From the NCBI GenBank assembly GCA_037479045.1, contig JBBFLL010000002.1:2347-66346 (forward strand): 64,000 bases of DNA. Direction: 5' to 3'. The notes below the pieces were generated by a model. It ran no database searches. It was not told where the DNA came from and saw nothing but the letters and a program-made list of their open reading frames with translations. Both the position numbers and the translations under genes were made by a program. Positions 35,516 through 45,369 of this stretch are shown here, piece by piece; the stretch's first letter is position 1; each line of letters starts with the position of its first letter. The DNA comes from Brevinematales bacterium. Its GTDB lineage: Bacteria; Spirochaetota; Brevinematia; Brevinematales; JAOACQ01.

Positions 35516-38500
35516 ATGAAAAATTTTGTCCATCTCCATAATCATTCACATTACAGTATTCTTGATGGTGTTTCAAAAATCGATGAAATAGTGAAAAAGA
35601 CAAAAGAGTATGAGTTTTCCTCTGTTGCTATAACTGAACACGGAAATCTTTTCAGTGTAATGGAATTTTACAAAGAATGCAAAAAAAATGATATTAAACC
35701 CATAATTGGTTGTGAAGTATATGTTTCTCCAAAAAGTAGATTTGAAAAGGATAAAGATGAAAAATATCACCATCTTGTTTTGCTTGCAAAAGATTATGAA
35801 GGTTATAAAAATTTAATGAAGATTTCCTCGGCTGGTTATATTGAAGGATTTTACTATAAGCCGAGAGTTGACAAGGAAATACTTGCTGAGTATTCAAAAG
35901 GGCTTGTTGTTTTGACTGCTTGTCTTGGAGGTGAAATTCCAAAACTTATTCTTTCAAATTCTGATGATTCAATATTGAGTGAGGCTATTGACTGGTATAT
36001 TCAAACTTTTGGAAGAGAGAATTTTTTCCTTGAAATTCAAAACCACAATATAAGAGAGGAGATTATTGTAGCTAAAAAGATTCTTGAACTTTCAAAAAGA
36101 TTTGATTTAAGGGTAGTTGCAACAAATGATTCTCATTATATCAATAAAGATGACGCAAAGTTGCAGGAGATCGTTTTTGCTATAAGGGATAAAACAACTT
36201 TGAAAGATCCAAAAAGGCAAATTTATCCGACAAATGAGTTTTTTTATAAGTCTTATGAAGAAATGTTTGAATTGTTTAAAGAGGTTCCCGAAACACTATC
36301 AAATACCAAACTTGTTGAAGAAATGTGCAATCTTACATTAAAACTTAATGAAAAACATACACCTCTATACAATCTTCCTCCCGGAGAAGATGCTTTTTCT
36401 TATTTAACAAAATTATGTAATCAGGGGCTTGAAAAAAAATTTAATGGTAAAGTGCCTCTTGAATATAAGGAAAGGCTTGAACTTGAACTTAACCTTATTA
36501 ATCATATGGGTTTTTCAAATTACTTTTTGATTGTTGCTGACTTTGTTAATGAAGCAAAAGAAAGAGGCATACTTGTTGGACCTGGAAGAGGCTCGGCAGC
36601 AGGGGCTTTACTTTCATATGCCCTTGGTATAACGGAAGTTGATCCCATAAAGTATCAACTTCTGTTTGAAAGATTTTTGAATCCTGAAAGGGTAAGTATG
36701 CCAGATATTGATGTTGATTTTCAGGATGATAGAAGAGATGAGATAAAGGAGTATATAAGAACAAAGTATGGCTACAATAACACTGCTGATATTATTACAT
36801 TTGGTGTATTGAAAGCAAGAGCAGCCTTAAAAGATGTTGGCAGAGTTCTTGATATTCCACTTGAGAAGGTAAATAAGATCACAAAGATGATTGACAATAA
36901 AATGGCTAACGAACCTCTTTCAGAGGTTGTTGAGCAGGTGCCTGAACTTAATATTATTAAATCAAGTGGTTCAAAAGAAGAAAAAGAATGGATAGAATAT
37001 TCAATCAGGCTTGATGGAACGGTAAGAAATATAGGCACCCATGCATCAGGGCTTATTATTTCTGACATTCCTTTATCAGAGGTTGTTCCTCTATATAAAG
37101 ATCAGGAAAGTGGGGTTATTTCGACACAATTTGAAGGAACTTATCTTGAAGAGAATGGCTTACTCAAAATGGATATTCTTGGGCTTTCAAACCTCACGAT
37201 AATTAAAGATTGTCTTAAGAGAATTCAAAAAAACCATCATATTAAAATTGATTTGAATAAAATTCCTCTTGATGATCAAAATGTGTTTAAGCTTTTCTGG
37301 AATGGGCAAACTGCAGGTATTTTTCAGTTTGAATCAAGTGGTATGACTGAATATTTGAAGCAACTCAAGCCAACTACAATTGAAGACTTGATAGCTATGA
37401 ATGCACTTTATAGGCCCGGTCCAATGGATAATATCCCGAAATATATAGCAAGAAAACATGGACTTGAGGAAATAGATTGCTACCATGAAGATCTTGAGAA
37501 TATTCTTAAGCCTACTTTCGGTATCATTGTATATCAGGAACAGGTGATGCAAATTGCGCAGGTTCTTGCTGGCTTTTCACTTGGAAAAGCTGATATTGTA
37601 AGAAGAATAATGGCAAAGAAAAAACCAGAAGAACTTGAAAAAATAAAGCCAGAATGGATAGAAGGAGCTATTTCAAGGGGGTATTCAAAAGAGCTTGCTG
37701 AAAAATTGTTTGATATTCTTGTGCCTTTCTCAAATTATGCATTTAACAAATCTCACTCTGCAGCCTATGCAATTTTAGCCTATCAGATTGCATATCTTAA
37801 AACTTATTATAAAATTGAATTTATGGCATCACTTCTTTCAATGAATATGGGGGATAGTGATGCAGTGAGAAAATACTGTGATGAATGCAACAATAGTAAG
37901 ATTAAAATCCTTCCTCCCGATATTAACAAGAGTGAATGGGAATTTAAGGAAGAAAATGGTAAGATAATTTTTGGTTTTGGTGCTGTAAAAGGGCTTGGAG
38001 AAGTTTTTGTAAAAGCTATTATTGATGAAAGAAATATGGGGGGTGATTTTACTTCATTTGAGAATTTTCTTGAAAGAATGCAAAAGAAGGAAGATTTTAA
38101 GAAAAATTATATAGAAATACTTATTAAGGCTGGAGCATTTGATTCTTTAACTGATGAAGATAGTTGTCTCAAACATAAAAGTGAGTGGCTACACAAGTTT
38201 GAAGATTATATCTCACATAAGGAAAGCCTTGATAGAGAATTGGAAAATGGAAATCAATATCTTTTTGGTGAAGATATTTTTGAGTGTAAAGATATAAAGA
38301 AAGAGACAAAAATTATCAGCCTTAAAGATGAATTTCTCTATGAATTCGAGGTTTTTGGCTTTTACTTAAGTAAGAAAATATTCAGCCATTATGAGAAAAA
38401 ATTTGGTATAATTTCAAAGATAAGCAAAGAACATATTGATAAACTTGAGAATACTAATTTTTTGATTTCTGGTTTTATTTCTGAAATGGATATTAAAATT

Positions 38501-38962
38501 GCCTCAAACAAGAAGCCTTATGCTATAATAAATGTTGATAATGGAAATGAAGTTTTTAAATTTATGCTTTTTTCTGAAAAATATGAAAGATTTGCAAGCA
38601 TTTTGAAACCAAAGGAATTTGTGTTTATAAGGTTTAAAACTGTGAAAAATAACGGTAATGTTCAATATGAACTTTTAGATATAAAAAATATAGAACGTCT
38701 ATCAGATGAAAGATTTACGGAATTTCACATCTATGTAGATGAGTTAAAAACTGAATTTGATGATTTTCAAATGGAAATCAAAAACTTTAAAAAATGGATA
38801 GAACTTCCAGAGATGAAAGGTCCACTGAAGATCTTTTGTCATTTGATTGGAAAGTCTATAAGCCTCATTGCCTTTTCAGATAGATATAACATAAAATATA
38901 GCAAGACACTTGTAGAAAAGATTATTAATTTTCCTTTTGTTGAAGGAATATGGCTTTATTAA
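35516..38962 (+). CDS. dnaE: DNA polymerase III alpha subunit
   Basis: 1148 aa. PHP domain start FVHLHNHSHYSILDG, palm PDIDVDF, and an OB-fold C-terminus. Confidence 0.96.
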   Translation: MKNFVHLHNHSHYSILDGVSKIDEIVKKTKEYEFSSVAITEHGNLFSVMEFYKECKKNDIKPIIGCEVYVSPKSRFEKDKDEKYHHLVLLAKDYEGYKNLMKISSAGYIEGFYYKPRVDKEILAEYSKGLVVLTACLGGEIPKLILSNSDDSILSEAIDWYIQTFGRENFFLEIQNHNIREEIIVAKKILELSKRFDLRVVATNDSHYINKDDAKLQEIVFAIRDKTTLKDPKRQIYPTNEFFYKSYEEMFELFKEVPETLSNTKLVEEMCNLTLKLNEKHTPLYNLPPGEDAFSYLTKLCNQGLEKKFNGKVPLEYKERLELELNLINHMGFSNYFLIVADFVNEAKERGILVGPGRGSAAGALLSYALGITEVDPIKYQLLFERFLNPERVSMPDIDVDFQDDRRDEIKEYIRTKYGYNNTADIITFGVLKARAALKDVGRVLDIPLEKVNKITKMIDNKMANEPLSEVVEQVPELNIIKSSGSKEEKEWIEYSIRLDGTVRNIGTHASGLIISDIPLSEVVPLYKDQESGVISTQFEGTYLEENGLLKMDILGLSNLTIIKDCLKRIQKNHHIKIDLNKIPLDDQNVFKLFWNGQTAGIFQFESSGMTEYLKQLKPTTIEDLIAMNALYRPGPMDNIPKYIARKHGLEEIDCYHEDLENILKPTFGIIVYQEQVMQIAQVLAGFSLGKADIVRRIMAKKKPEELEKIKPEWIEGAISRGYSKELAEKLFDILVPFSNYAFNKSHSAAYAILAYQIAYLKTYYKIEFMASLLSMNMGDSDAVRKYCDECNNSKIKILPPDINKSEWEFKEENGKIIFGFGAVKGLGEVFVKAIIDERNMGGDFTSFENFLERMQKKEDFKKNYIEILIKAGAFDSLTDEDSCLKHKSEWLHKFEDYISHKESLDRELENGNQYLFGEDIFECKDIKKETKIISLKDEFLYEFEVFGFYLSKKIFSHYEKKFGIISKISKEHIDKLENTNFLISGFISEMDIKIASNKKPYAIINVDNGNEVFKFMLFSEKYERFASILKPKEFVFIRFKTVKNNGNVQYELLDIKNIERLSDERFTEFHIYVDELKTEFDDFQMEIKNFKKWIELPEMKGPLKIFCHLIGKSISLIAFSDRYNIKYSKTLVEKIINFPFVEGIWLY

Positions 38963-39138
38963 ACCTGAGATTTCAGCCTCTTGAGATTTTCGGCTATAAC
39001 TGGAAAACTTTTCATAGCTTCAATATAAAGACAGGTTGATTTAAAAACGCCGCTTTCATAAAAAGTGCAGTTTTTATTTGCTTCGTTTTCGTCAAATGGA
39101 TTACAGATTTCTTTTGTTAGTGGACAAATCTTTTCCAT
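38959..39138 (-). CDS. Small Cys-containing protein (59 aa), not in the supplied ORF track
   Basis: Minus-strand ORF MEKICPLTKEICNPFDENEANKNCTFYESGVFKSTCLYIEAMKSFPVIAENLKRLKSQV. The SD GGGAGG overlaps the nadC stop, and the ATG lies 6 nt downstream of it. The ORF ends 4 nt inside the dnaE 3' end. Confidence 0.55.
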   Translation of the reverse strand: MEKICPLTKEICNPFDENEANKNCTFYESGVFKSTCLYIEAMKSFPVIAENLKRLKSQV

Positions 39139-39149
39139 AATTTTCCTCC

Positions 39150-40013
39150 CTACTCTATAAGCATTGAAACATCAAGCGGTTTTATAGTATGAGTTAATTC
39201 ACCCATAGAAACAAAATCCACACCAATTTCAGCAAGTTTGATTAATCTTTCTTTGTTAACATTTCCAGATACTTCTACATACTTTTCATTTTTAAGTAAA
39301 TTAAAGGCTTTTTTAACCTCTTCATCATTCATATTGTCAAGCATTACAATTTCTGCTTCTGTTTGTAAAACTTCATCTATCTGTTGGATTGAATTTATCT
39401 CTATTTCTACCAGTGCATCTGGTATAAAATTTTTTGCCATTCTCACAGCTTCTTTTATGCTTCCTACTGACTTAATGTGATTTTCTTTTATGAGAAACAT
39501 ATCATATAAGCCGTATCTATGATTATAGCCACCACCAATGGAAACAGCATATTTTTGGAGAAGTCTCATTCCTGCTATTGTTTTCCTTGTATCGAGTAGT
39601 TTCGTGTGAGAGAATTTTATTTCATTTGTGTAATTATAAACTTTTGTTGATATGCCAGATAAGAACCCCAAAAAGTTGAGAGCAGTTCTTTCTACAGAGA
39701 GAAGATTTCTTGTAATTCCAGTGATTTCAGCTATTTTTTCTCCTTTTTCAACTATTTCGCCATCTTTTTTTAAAATGCTAACCTCAGTATCAGGGTCATA
39801 AAGTTTGAATGATTTTTTGATGAAGTCTGTTCCACAGACTATACCTTTTTCTTTAGTAAAGATTATAGCTTTTTCTTTTTTGTTTTTAAGTAGTGCATTG
39901 GCTGTAATGTCCTCTTTTCCAATATCTTCTTCAAATGAAATTTTGATTAAGTTTTCAACAATGTATTCTGGTATTGATAAAAGTCTTTTTGGAAAATCTA
40001 TAGCTTTTCTCAT
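39150..40013 (-). CDS. nadC: Nicotinate-nucleotide (quinolinate) pyrophosphorylase
   Basis: TRKTIAGMRLLQKYAVSIGGGYNHRYGLYDMFLIKENH and a C-terminal TIM-barrel end are present. Confidence 0.93.
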   Translation of the reverse strand: MRKAIDFPKRLLSIPEYIVENLIKISFEEDIGKEDITANALLKNKKEKAIIFTKEKGIVCGTDFIKKSFKLYDPDTEVSILKKDGEIVEKGEKIAEITGITRNLLSVERTALNFLGFLSGISTKVYNYTNEIKFSHTKLLDTRKTIAGMRLLQKYAVSIGGGYNHRYGLYDMFLIKENHIKSVGSIKEAVRMAKNFIPDALVEIEINSIQQIDEVLQTEAEIVMLDNMNDEEVKKAFNLLKNEKYVEVSGNVNKERLIKLAEIGVDFVSMGELTHTIKPLDVSMLIE

Positions 40014-40014
40014 C

Positions 40015-40746
40015 TTAAATTCCTGAAAGCCTCTGGAAAATAAAGTGAGCGATTGTATCCTTCACATCGTTTGACATATTAACAAATCTGAAAGCACAGA
40101 ATTTTTTCTGGTAAGCAACAACAACGGCATCAACATCAATATCCTTTCCCTCTATCATAAATTGCATATTTTTGATTTCCATTCCGACAGAAAGAGAATC
40201 TTCTGGGAATGTTCCAACAAGCTCAAGAGCTACACCTCCAAAACTTATATCTTTTATAACGCCTATGATGAGCTGAAGATTTACTGGAGAGCGAAATTTG
40301 ACGCCAATTTTTTCGTTTGGGTTGTTTGGGTCTAAGGAAACTCTTGCAAATTTTCTATCGGGTGGTGTCCCTTTTATTTTTTCGTAGGCTTTTATAAGAT
40401 AACTTGCTATAAAGTCTCCTGTTGAATTATTCTTTATAAAACCTATGACACCGAGTTGAACTGCCGCAGTGATATATTGCTTGTCTATTGCAGAAATTAA
40501 AAGAATTACAGCAACTTTTTTTATGTTTTCATCTTGAGAACTTTTTACAGCTTTAACAAGCTGAAAAACTTCATCAAAATCCTCTCTTATTACATCCATT
40601 ACAACTATATCTGGTGTATCAGAAGAGATTTTTTGCATAAGTGATTCAGGATTTTCTACATGAATCAAGTTAATACCCTGTGGAATAAGAGAGGTTACAA
40701 ACATATTCCTTACAAAGTAAGATTGTGTATAAACCATTACCTTCAT
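40015..40746 (-). CDS. Receiver-like domain fused to a PilZ c-di-GMP-binding domain
   Basis: The N-terminal CheY-like fold has IVVMDV. The C-terminal PilZ motifs are RKFAR (RxxxR) and DISFGG (DxSxxG). Confidence 0.7.
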   Translation of the reverse strand: MKVMVYTQSYFVRNMFVTSLIPQGINLIHVENPESLMQKISSDTPDIVVMDVIREDFDEVFQLVKAVKSSQDENIKKVAVILLISAIDKQYITAAVQLGVIGFIKNNSTGDFIASYLIKAYEKIKGTPPDRKFARVSLDPNNPNEKIGVKFRSPVNLQLIIGVIKDISFGGVALELVGTFPEDSLSVGMEIKNMQFMIEGKDIDVDAVVVAYQKKFCAFRFVNMSNDVKDTIAHFIFQRLSGI

Positions 40747-42537
40747 TTAAATATCCTTCTCCAAAAATTTTTTTAATTTTTCATATACTTTAATTGCAAC
40801 TTTTTCAGGTAATCCAGCTTTCATTAAATCTTCTTTTTTAAGATTTTTTATTATATCATAGTTTAAAAATTTTTGCATTATTATTTCTCTTCTTTTTTTA
40901 CCTATTCCTTCAATTTCATCAAAGACGGATGATAATTCAGATTTATTTTTTATTTTGTTATAAAAGCTGTTTGCAAATCTATGAGTTTCATCTCTTACCT
41001 GTTGTAGTAGATGTAAGGCTGGAGAATTTTTAGGGAGTATAATTGGTTCACTTTTGAATGGAACAAATATTTCTTCATTCTCTTTTGCAAGAGAAATTGT
41101 ATCAATTTTTAGTTCAAGTTCATTTAAGGCTTTTAAAGCGGCGTTAAGCTGTCCTTTTCCTCCATCAATGAGTATAAGGTCTGGAAATTCCTTTTTTTCT
41201 TTTTTAAGTCTATCATATCTCCTATAAACTGCTTCATATATCATTGCAAAATCATCAGGTGAGTTTTTATTTTTTATCTTCATATGCCTGTAATTTTTTT
41301 TGTCGGGTTTTCCATTGAAAAAAGATATAACGCTTGCAACAGAGTGTTCTCCAAGAATATTTGCAATGTCAAACCCTTCTATTCTTACTGGAATTTTAGA
41401 TAGTCCGAGTGCTTCTTTTAAGGTATCAAGATGTTCCGAAACATCAACTTTTGTCCACAATTGGCTGAAATGTAAGGCTGCATTTTCGTTTGATATTTTT
41501 ATGATTGAACTTTCTGTAATGTTATCAGCTATTAAAATTTTTCTTTCAATATTGGTGGAATTTAATTCACTGGCAAGGTCTTTAAATTTTTCGTCAATTA
41601 CTATATCCACATCATTTTTATATTCAAGCAAAAAATGTCTTAAAATATCTTCTTCATTTTCTTCAAAATATACTGTCCCACTGAAACTTTGTTTCCCAAC
41701 CATTTTCCCATTTCTTACTCTTGAGACTACTATTACACTTTTCCCCCACTTTGAAAATATTCCAATATAATCCCTTGATATTTCTTTATTAAGAAAAACA
41801 TTCTGGCTTTCTTCAAAAACCTTTATTGAGTCTATCTTTTCTTTGATTTTTTGGGCTTCTTCAAAGAGAAGTTCTTTTGCTTTTTCTTTCATTTCTTTTG
41901 TAAGCTGTTGAATTAATTTTTGATAGTCACCATTCAAGAATTTTATTGCCCTCTCAACGTTTTTTTTATATTCAGTTTCATTAATTCTTCCAATACAGGG
42001 AGCACTACACATATTGATGTGATAATACAAACACTCTTTTTTTGGCATTACTTTGCATACTCTCAGTTGAAATGTTTTTTGTATTATATCGATTGAATCT
42101 CTCACAGATTTTGCACTTATGTAAGGTCCAAAGTATAAACTTCCGTCTCTCTTTTCTTCTCTTGCAAAAACGATTCGAGGGAATTTTTCGTTTGTTATTT
42201 TTATAAAAGGGTAAAACTTATTGTCTTTAAATTGAACATTGTATTTTGGTTTGTATTGTTTTATAAAGTTTGCTTCGAGTATTAATGCTTCGGATTCATT
42301 GTTTACTGAGATTATATCTATAAATACTATATTTTCTACAAGAGAGGCTGTTTTAATGTCCTGTTTTTTCTGAAAATAGCTTGTAATTCTTTTTTTCAGA
42401 TTCTTTGCTTTCCCAACGTATATAATGTTGCCAGAAGAATCTTTCATTATATATACACCATAGTTTTCAGGAATATTATTTATTTCCTGTGGTGTAAAAA
42501 TAGCAATGTTTTCTTTTATTTCAATATTACCATTCAT
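40747..42537 (-). CDS. uvrC: Excinuclease ABC subunit C
   Basis: GIY-YIG start (GVYIMKDSSGNIIYVGKAKNLKKR), a UvrBC-interacting region, an endonuclease V-like domain, and a C-terminal (HhH)2. Confidence 0.95.
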   Translation of the reverse strand: MNGNIEIKENIAIFTPQEINNIPENYGVYIMKDSSGNIIYVGKAKNLKKRITSYFQKKQDIKTASLVENIVFIDIISVNNESEALILEANFIKQYKPKYNVQFKDNKFYPFIKITNEKFPRIVFAREEKRDGSLYFGPYISAKSVRDSIDIIQKTFQLRVCKVMPKKECLYYHINMCSAPCIGRINETEYKKNVERAIKFLNGDYQKLIQQLTKEMKEKAKELLFEEAQKIKEKIDSIKVFEESQNVFLNKEISRDYIGIFSKWGKSVIVVSRVRNGKMVGKQSFSGTVYFEENEEDILRHFLLEYKNDVDIVIDEKFKDLASELNSTNIERKILIADNITESSIIKISNENAALHFSQLWTKVDVSEHLDTLKEALGLSKIPVRIEGFDIANILGEHSVASVISFFNGKPDKKNYRHMKIKNKNSPDDFAMIYEAVYRRYDRLKKEKKEFPDLILIDGGKGQLNAALKALNELELKIDTISLAKENEEIFVPFKSEPIILPKNSPALHLLQQVRDETHRFANSFYNKIKNKSELSSVFDEIEGIGKKRREIIMQKFLNYDIIKNLKKEDLMKAGLPEKVAIKVYEKLKKFLEKDI

Positions 42538-44224
42538 TTTTTGGATTTATACCGATAGCTTTTCTTTTTTCTTTTTTACCCATATATTTCTTTTCTTCTT
42601 CCTTTATAAGGTTAAGTAAATTTTCTATATCTTTTGGCTTTTGGTCCATTTCATTTTGTGAGGATTGGGAAGAAGAGCTTGAATTATTCTGGCTTGATGA
42701 TTGAGAGTTTTTGTCGTTCTTTGGGCTATTCTGTTGTTCTTGATTTTTATTTTGTTGTTTTTGTTCTGATTGATTTTGTTGCTGTTGCTTGGCATAGAGG
42801 AGGTTAAGCAAAGCTTTTTTGTATAATTCACTTTTTGGCTCTTCGTTTACTAAAACCTCTTTATATTTTTCTATGGCTTTGTCTATTTCATTTTTTTCAA
42901 GGTATAAGTTGCCAAGATTGTAGTTTGCCCTGTTAACTAATTTTTTGTTGTTTGACTTTATTGCTCTATTGTAATATTTTTCTGAGTCTTCATAATTCCC
43001 GAGTTTATAGTAGGTATTTCCAATATTATACGTAAGTTTGTCATTTTTTTGTTCTTTAAGCTGAGCCTTTTGAAAATATTTTAAGGCATCTTCATAGTTT
43101 TCCTTTTTATACTCTTTTACACCTTTTGTTTTCAAACTTGCAAAGCTATTGTTATTAAAAATTACAAGAGTAGTAGCAATCAATAATACTTTTTTTGTTA
43201 GATTGAAATTTATTTTTTTAATTGGTAAGTAAAGGTATATTAATAGTAATAATAAAGCTATTAAAAGAAAATACTGGTATTGAGGTTCAAGGTATTCATA
43301 TTTACTTAATCCAAATTTTGTCTTTTTTATCTGATCAACTTTTGAGAGTAGCTTTTCAATATCTTTACTATAGAAGAATTCTCCTTTTGTTTCTTCGGCG
43401 ATTGACTTCAACATTTTTTCATTTAATTGAGATACAACCACTTTACCATCTTTTTTGAGATAATCAACTATATTACCATTGTTATCATAAAGAGGAATAT
43501 TTCCTCCATTTGGTGTGCCAATACCTACAGTAAAAATTATAACTCCTTTTTCTTTTGCTATTTTTGCAGACTTCAAGGGATTAAATTCATAATCCTCACC
43601 ATCTGTTATTATTATCATAACTTTATGAGTTAAGGTATTCTCTTCAAATAAAGCAAGGGCTTTTTTTATAGCATCCTCAATGTTTGTTCCCTGAATATCT
43701 ATCATATCTGTGCTTAATTCATTTATAAATGTTGATGCTGCTTCAAGATCAGTTGTAAGAGGTAAAACATTGAAGGCAAATCCAGCAAATGCTGTTACAC
43801 CTACTCTATTACCTGTAAGTCTTGAAAGAATTTTATTTCCAATATTTTTTGCTTCTGTTAATCTATCAGGTATTGCATCTTTTGTGAGCATACTTCTTGA
43901 AATGTCAAATACTATGACAAGATCTATTCCTTCCATTGTTCCATAACTTGATTTACTACCCCATCTTGGATCAAGTAGAGAAATAAAGATAAAAAAAGTT
44001 GCCACAACTAATATTACTGGTTTAAGCTTATAAAAAAATGGGTCAATTTCTGATGAGATAAAATTGTTGTTTTTACTGAAATATTTCAAAAAGTTAACCT
44101 TTATAACAGCCGAAACTATTACTATTAAAACAGCTAATATGAACAATAGTAGAAAAATCAAAAAATAGTCAATCTTTGCAAAAAGCATATATATGATTTT
44201 AGTAATATTGATGCCTTTTGTCAA
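42527..44224 (-). CDS. VWA-domain / TPR membrane protein (BatB-like) with Q/N/S-rich C-terminal tail
   Basis: MIDAS DISRSM, TPR units (YNIGNTYYKLGNYEDSEKYY, YNLGNLYLEKNEIDKAIEKY), and a low-complexity tail QQQQNQSEQKQQNKNQEQQNS.... Confidence 0.8.
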   Translation of the reverse strand: MTKGINITKIIYMLFAKIDYFLIFLLLFILAVLIVIVSAVIKVNFLKYFSKNNNFISSEIDPFFYKLKPVILVVATFFIFISLLDPRWGSKSSYGTMEGIDLVIVFDISRSMLTKDAIPDRLTEAKNIGNKILSRLTGNRVGVTAFAGFAFNVLPLTTDLEAASTFINELSTDMIDIQGTNIEDAIKKALALFEENTLTHKVMIIITDGEDYEFNPLKSAKIAKEKGVIIFTVGIGTPNGGNIPLYDNNGNIVDYLKKDGKVVVSQLNEKMLKSIAEETKGEFFYSKDIEKLLSKVDQIKKTKFGLSKYEYLEPQYQYFLLIALLLLLIYLYLPIKKINFNLTKKVLLIATTLVIFNNNSFASLKTKGVKEYKKENYEDALKYFQKAQLKEQKNDKLTYNIGNTYYKLGNYEDSEKYYNRAIKSNNKKLVNRANYNLGNLYLEKNEIDKAIEKYKEVLVNEEPKSELYKKALLNLLYAKQQQQNQSEQKQQNKNQEQQNSPKNDKNSQSSSQNNSSSSSQSSQNEMDQKPKDIENLLNLIKEEEKKYMGKKEKRKAIGINPKNEW

Positions 44225-44335
44225 ATAAATTATATTTTTGGTGATAAAAAATATTATAATATGATAATATTTTCTTTACTTTCAGAAATAATTTTATTAT
44301 AATTAAGATGAAAAATAAATTTTAGGAGTTTTAAA

Positions 44336-45340
44336 ATGGAAAGATTAATTGATGATAAGTCAAGAGAAGGGCTTAAAACATATTTTGCAGATGTTTTACA
44401 GAGAGATGTAAATGTGGATATTTATACTGATAAAAATTCTGAGATGTCAGAATTTGTTGTTCAACTTTCAAACGAACTTGCTGAGCTTTCATCCAAGGTT
44501 AAAGTTAATGTTTATGAGATGAACAAGGCTCAAAAATATGGTATTTCAACGGATCCTTTTATTGTAATTGGGGAGAATCTTGGATATAAGCTGATTTTTA
44601 ACGGGACTCCAGCAGGTCATGAAGCCAATACTTTCATTGAACTTATAAAAATGGCTTCTGTTGGTTCATCTGGTCTTGGTGATGAGACGAAGAAAGGCTT
44701 AAGTGAAGTAAAGGATAAGACTAAAATTCAGGTTTTTGTTACTCCATCCTGTCCTTATTGTCCTTATGCAGCGATTCTTGGGGGAGCATTTGCTGTAGAA
44801 AATGGGAATATAACGCTTGAAGTTGTTGAAGCACAGGAAAATATTCCGCTTTCTCAGAAGTTTAATGTTTCTTCTGTTCCTCTTATTGTTGTAAATGAGG
44901 ATATAACAAAATCGTTGGTCGGTGTTCAGCCAGAAGACAAACTTTTAGCTTTAATTTCTGGGAAAGAGATAAAACATGAAGTAGCTGAATTACCAGACAA
45001 TCCAGATGGAGTGGTATATCTTAATGATGGTAACTTCAATGAGGCTTTGAAAAAATATGAAAAACTTGTTGTTGATTTCTGGGCTGACTGGTGTATGCCA
45101 TGTAAAATGCTTGCTCCGATTATAGACAGTCTCTCTGGGGAATTAAAGGGAAGAGTTGTTTTTGCAAAACTCAATACTGATGAAAATCCAATTGTATCTG
45201 GTGAGTATAATGTTGAGTCAATTCCCACTCTACTTTTATTTAAGAATGGTAAACAGGTTAACAGACTTGTCGGGGCAAGGTCAAAAGAGCAACTTTACAA
45301 CGAAGTTTCTTCCACTTTTAAACTTATTTCATTAGCATAA
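44336..45340 (+). CDS. Protein-disulfide-oxidoreductase-like (two Trx folds, CPYC) fused to a thioredoxin with a CMPC active site
   Basis: The middle unit is VFVTPSCPYCPYA. The C-terminal unit is VVDFWADWCMPCKMLAP...IPTLLLFKNGK, which is thioredoxin-like. Confidence 0.8.
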   Translation: MERLIDDKSREGLKTYFADVLQRDVNVDIYTDKNSEMSEFVVQLSNELAELSSKVKVNVYEMNKAQKYGISTDPFIVIGENLGYKLIFNGTPAGHEANTFIELIKMASVGSSGLGDETKKGLSEVKDKTKIQVFVTPSCPYCPYAAILGGAFAVENGNITLEVVEAQENIPLSQKFNVSSVPLIVVNEDITKSLVGVQPEDKLLALISGKEIKHEVAELPDNPDGVVYLNDGNFNEALKKYEKLVVDFWADWCMPCKMLAPIIDSLSGELKGRVVFAKLNTDENPIVSGEYNVESIPTLLLFKNGKQVNRLVGARSKEQLYNEVSSTFKLISLA

Positions 45341-45343
45341 AAA

Positions 45344-45369
45344 ACTGCGGGATAGTCCCGCAGTTTTTT
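45344..45369. terminator. Bidirectional intrinsic terminator between convergent genes
   Basis: AAAAACTGCGGGA-TAG-TCCCGCAGTTTTTT: a 9-bp stem flanked by an A-run and a T-run. Confidence 0.8.
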
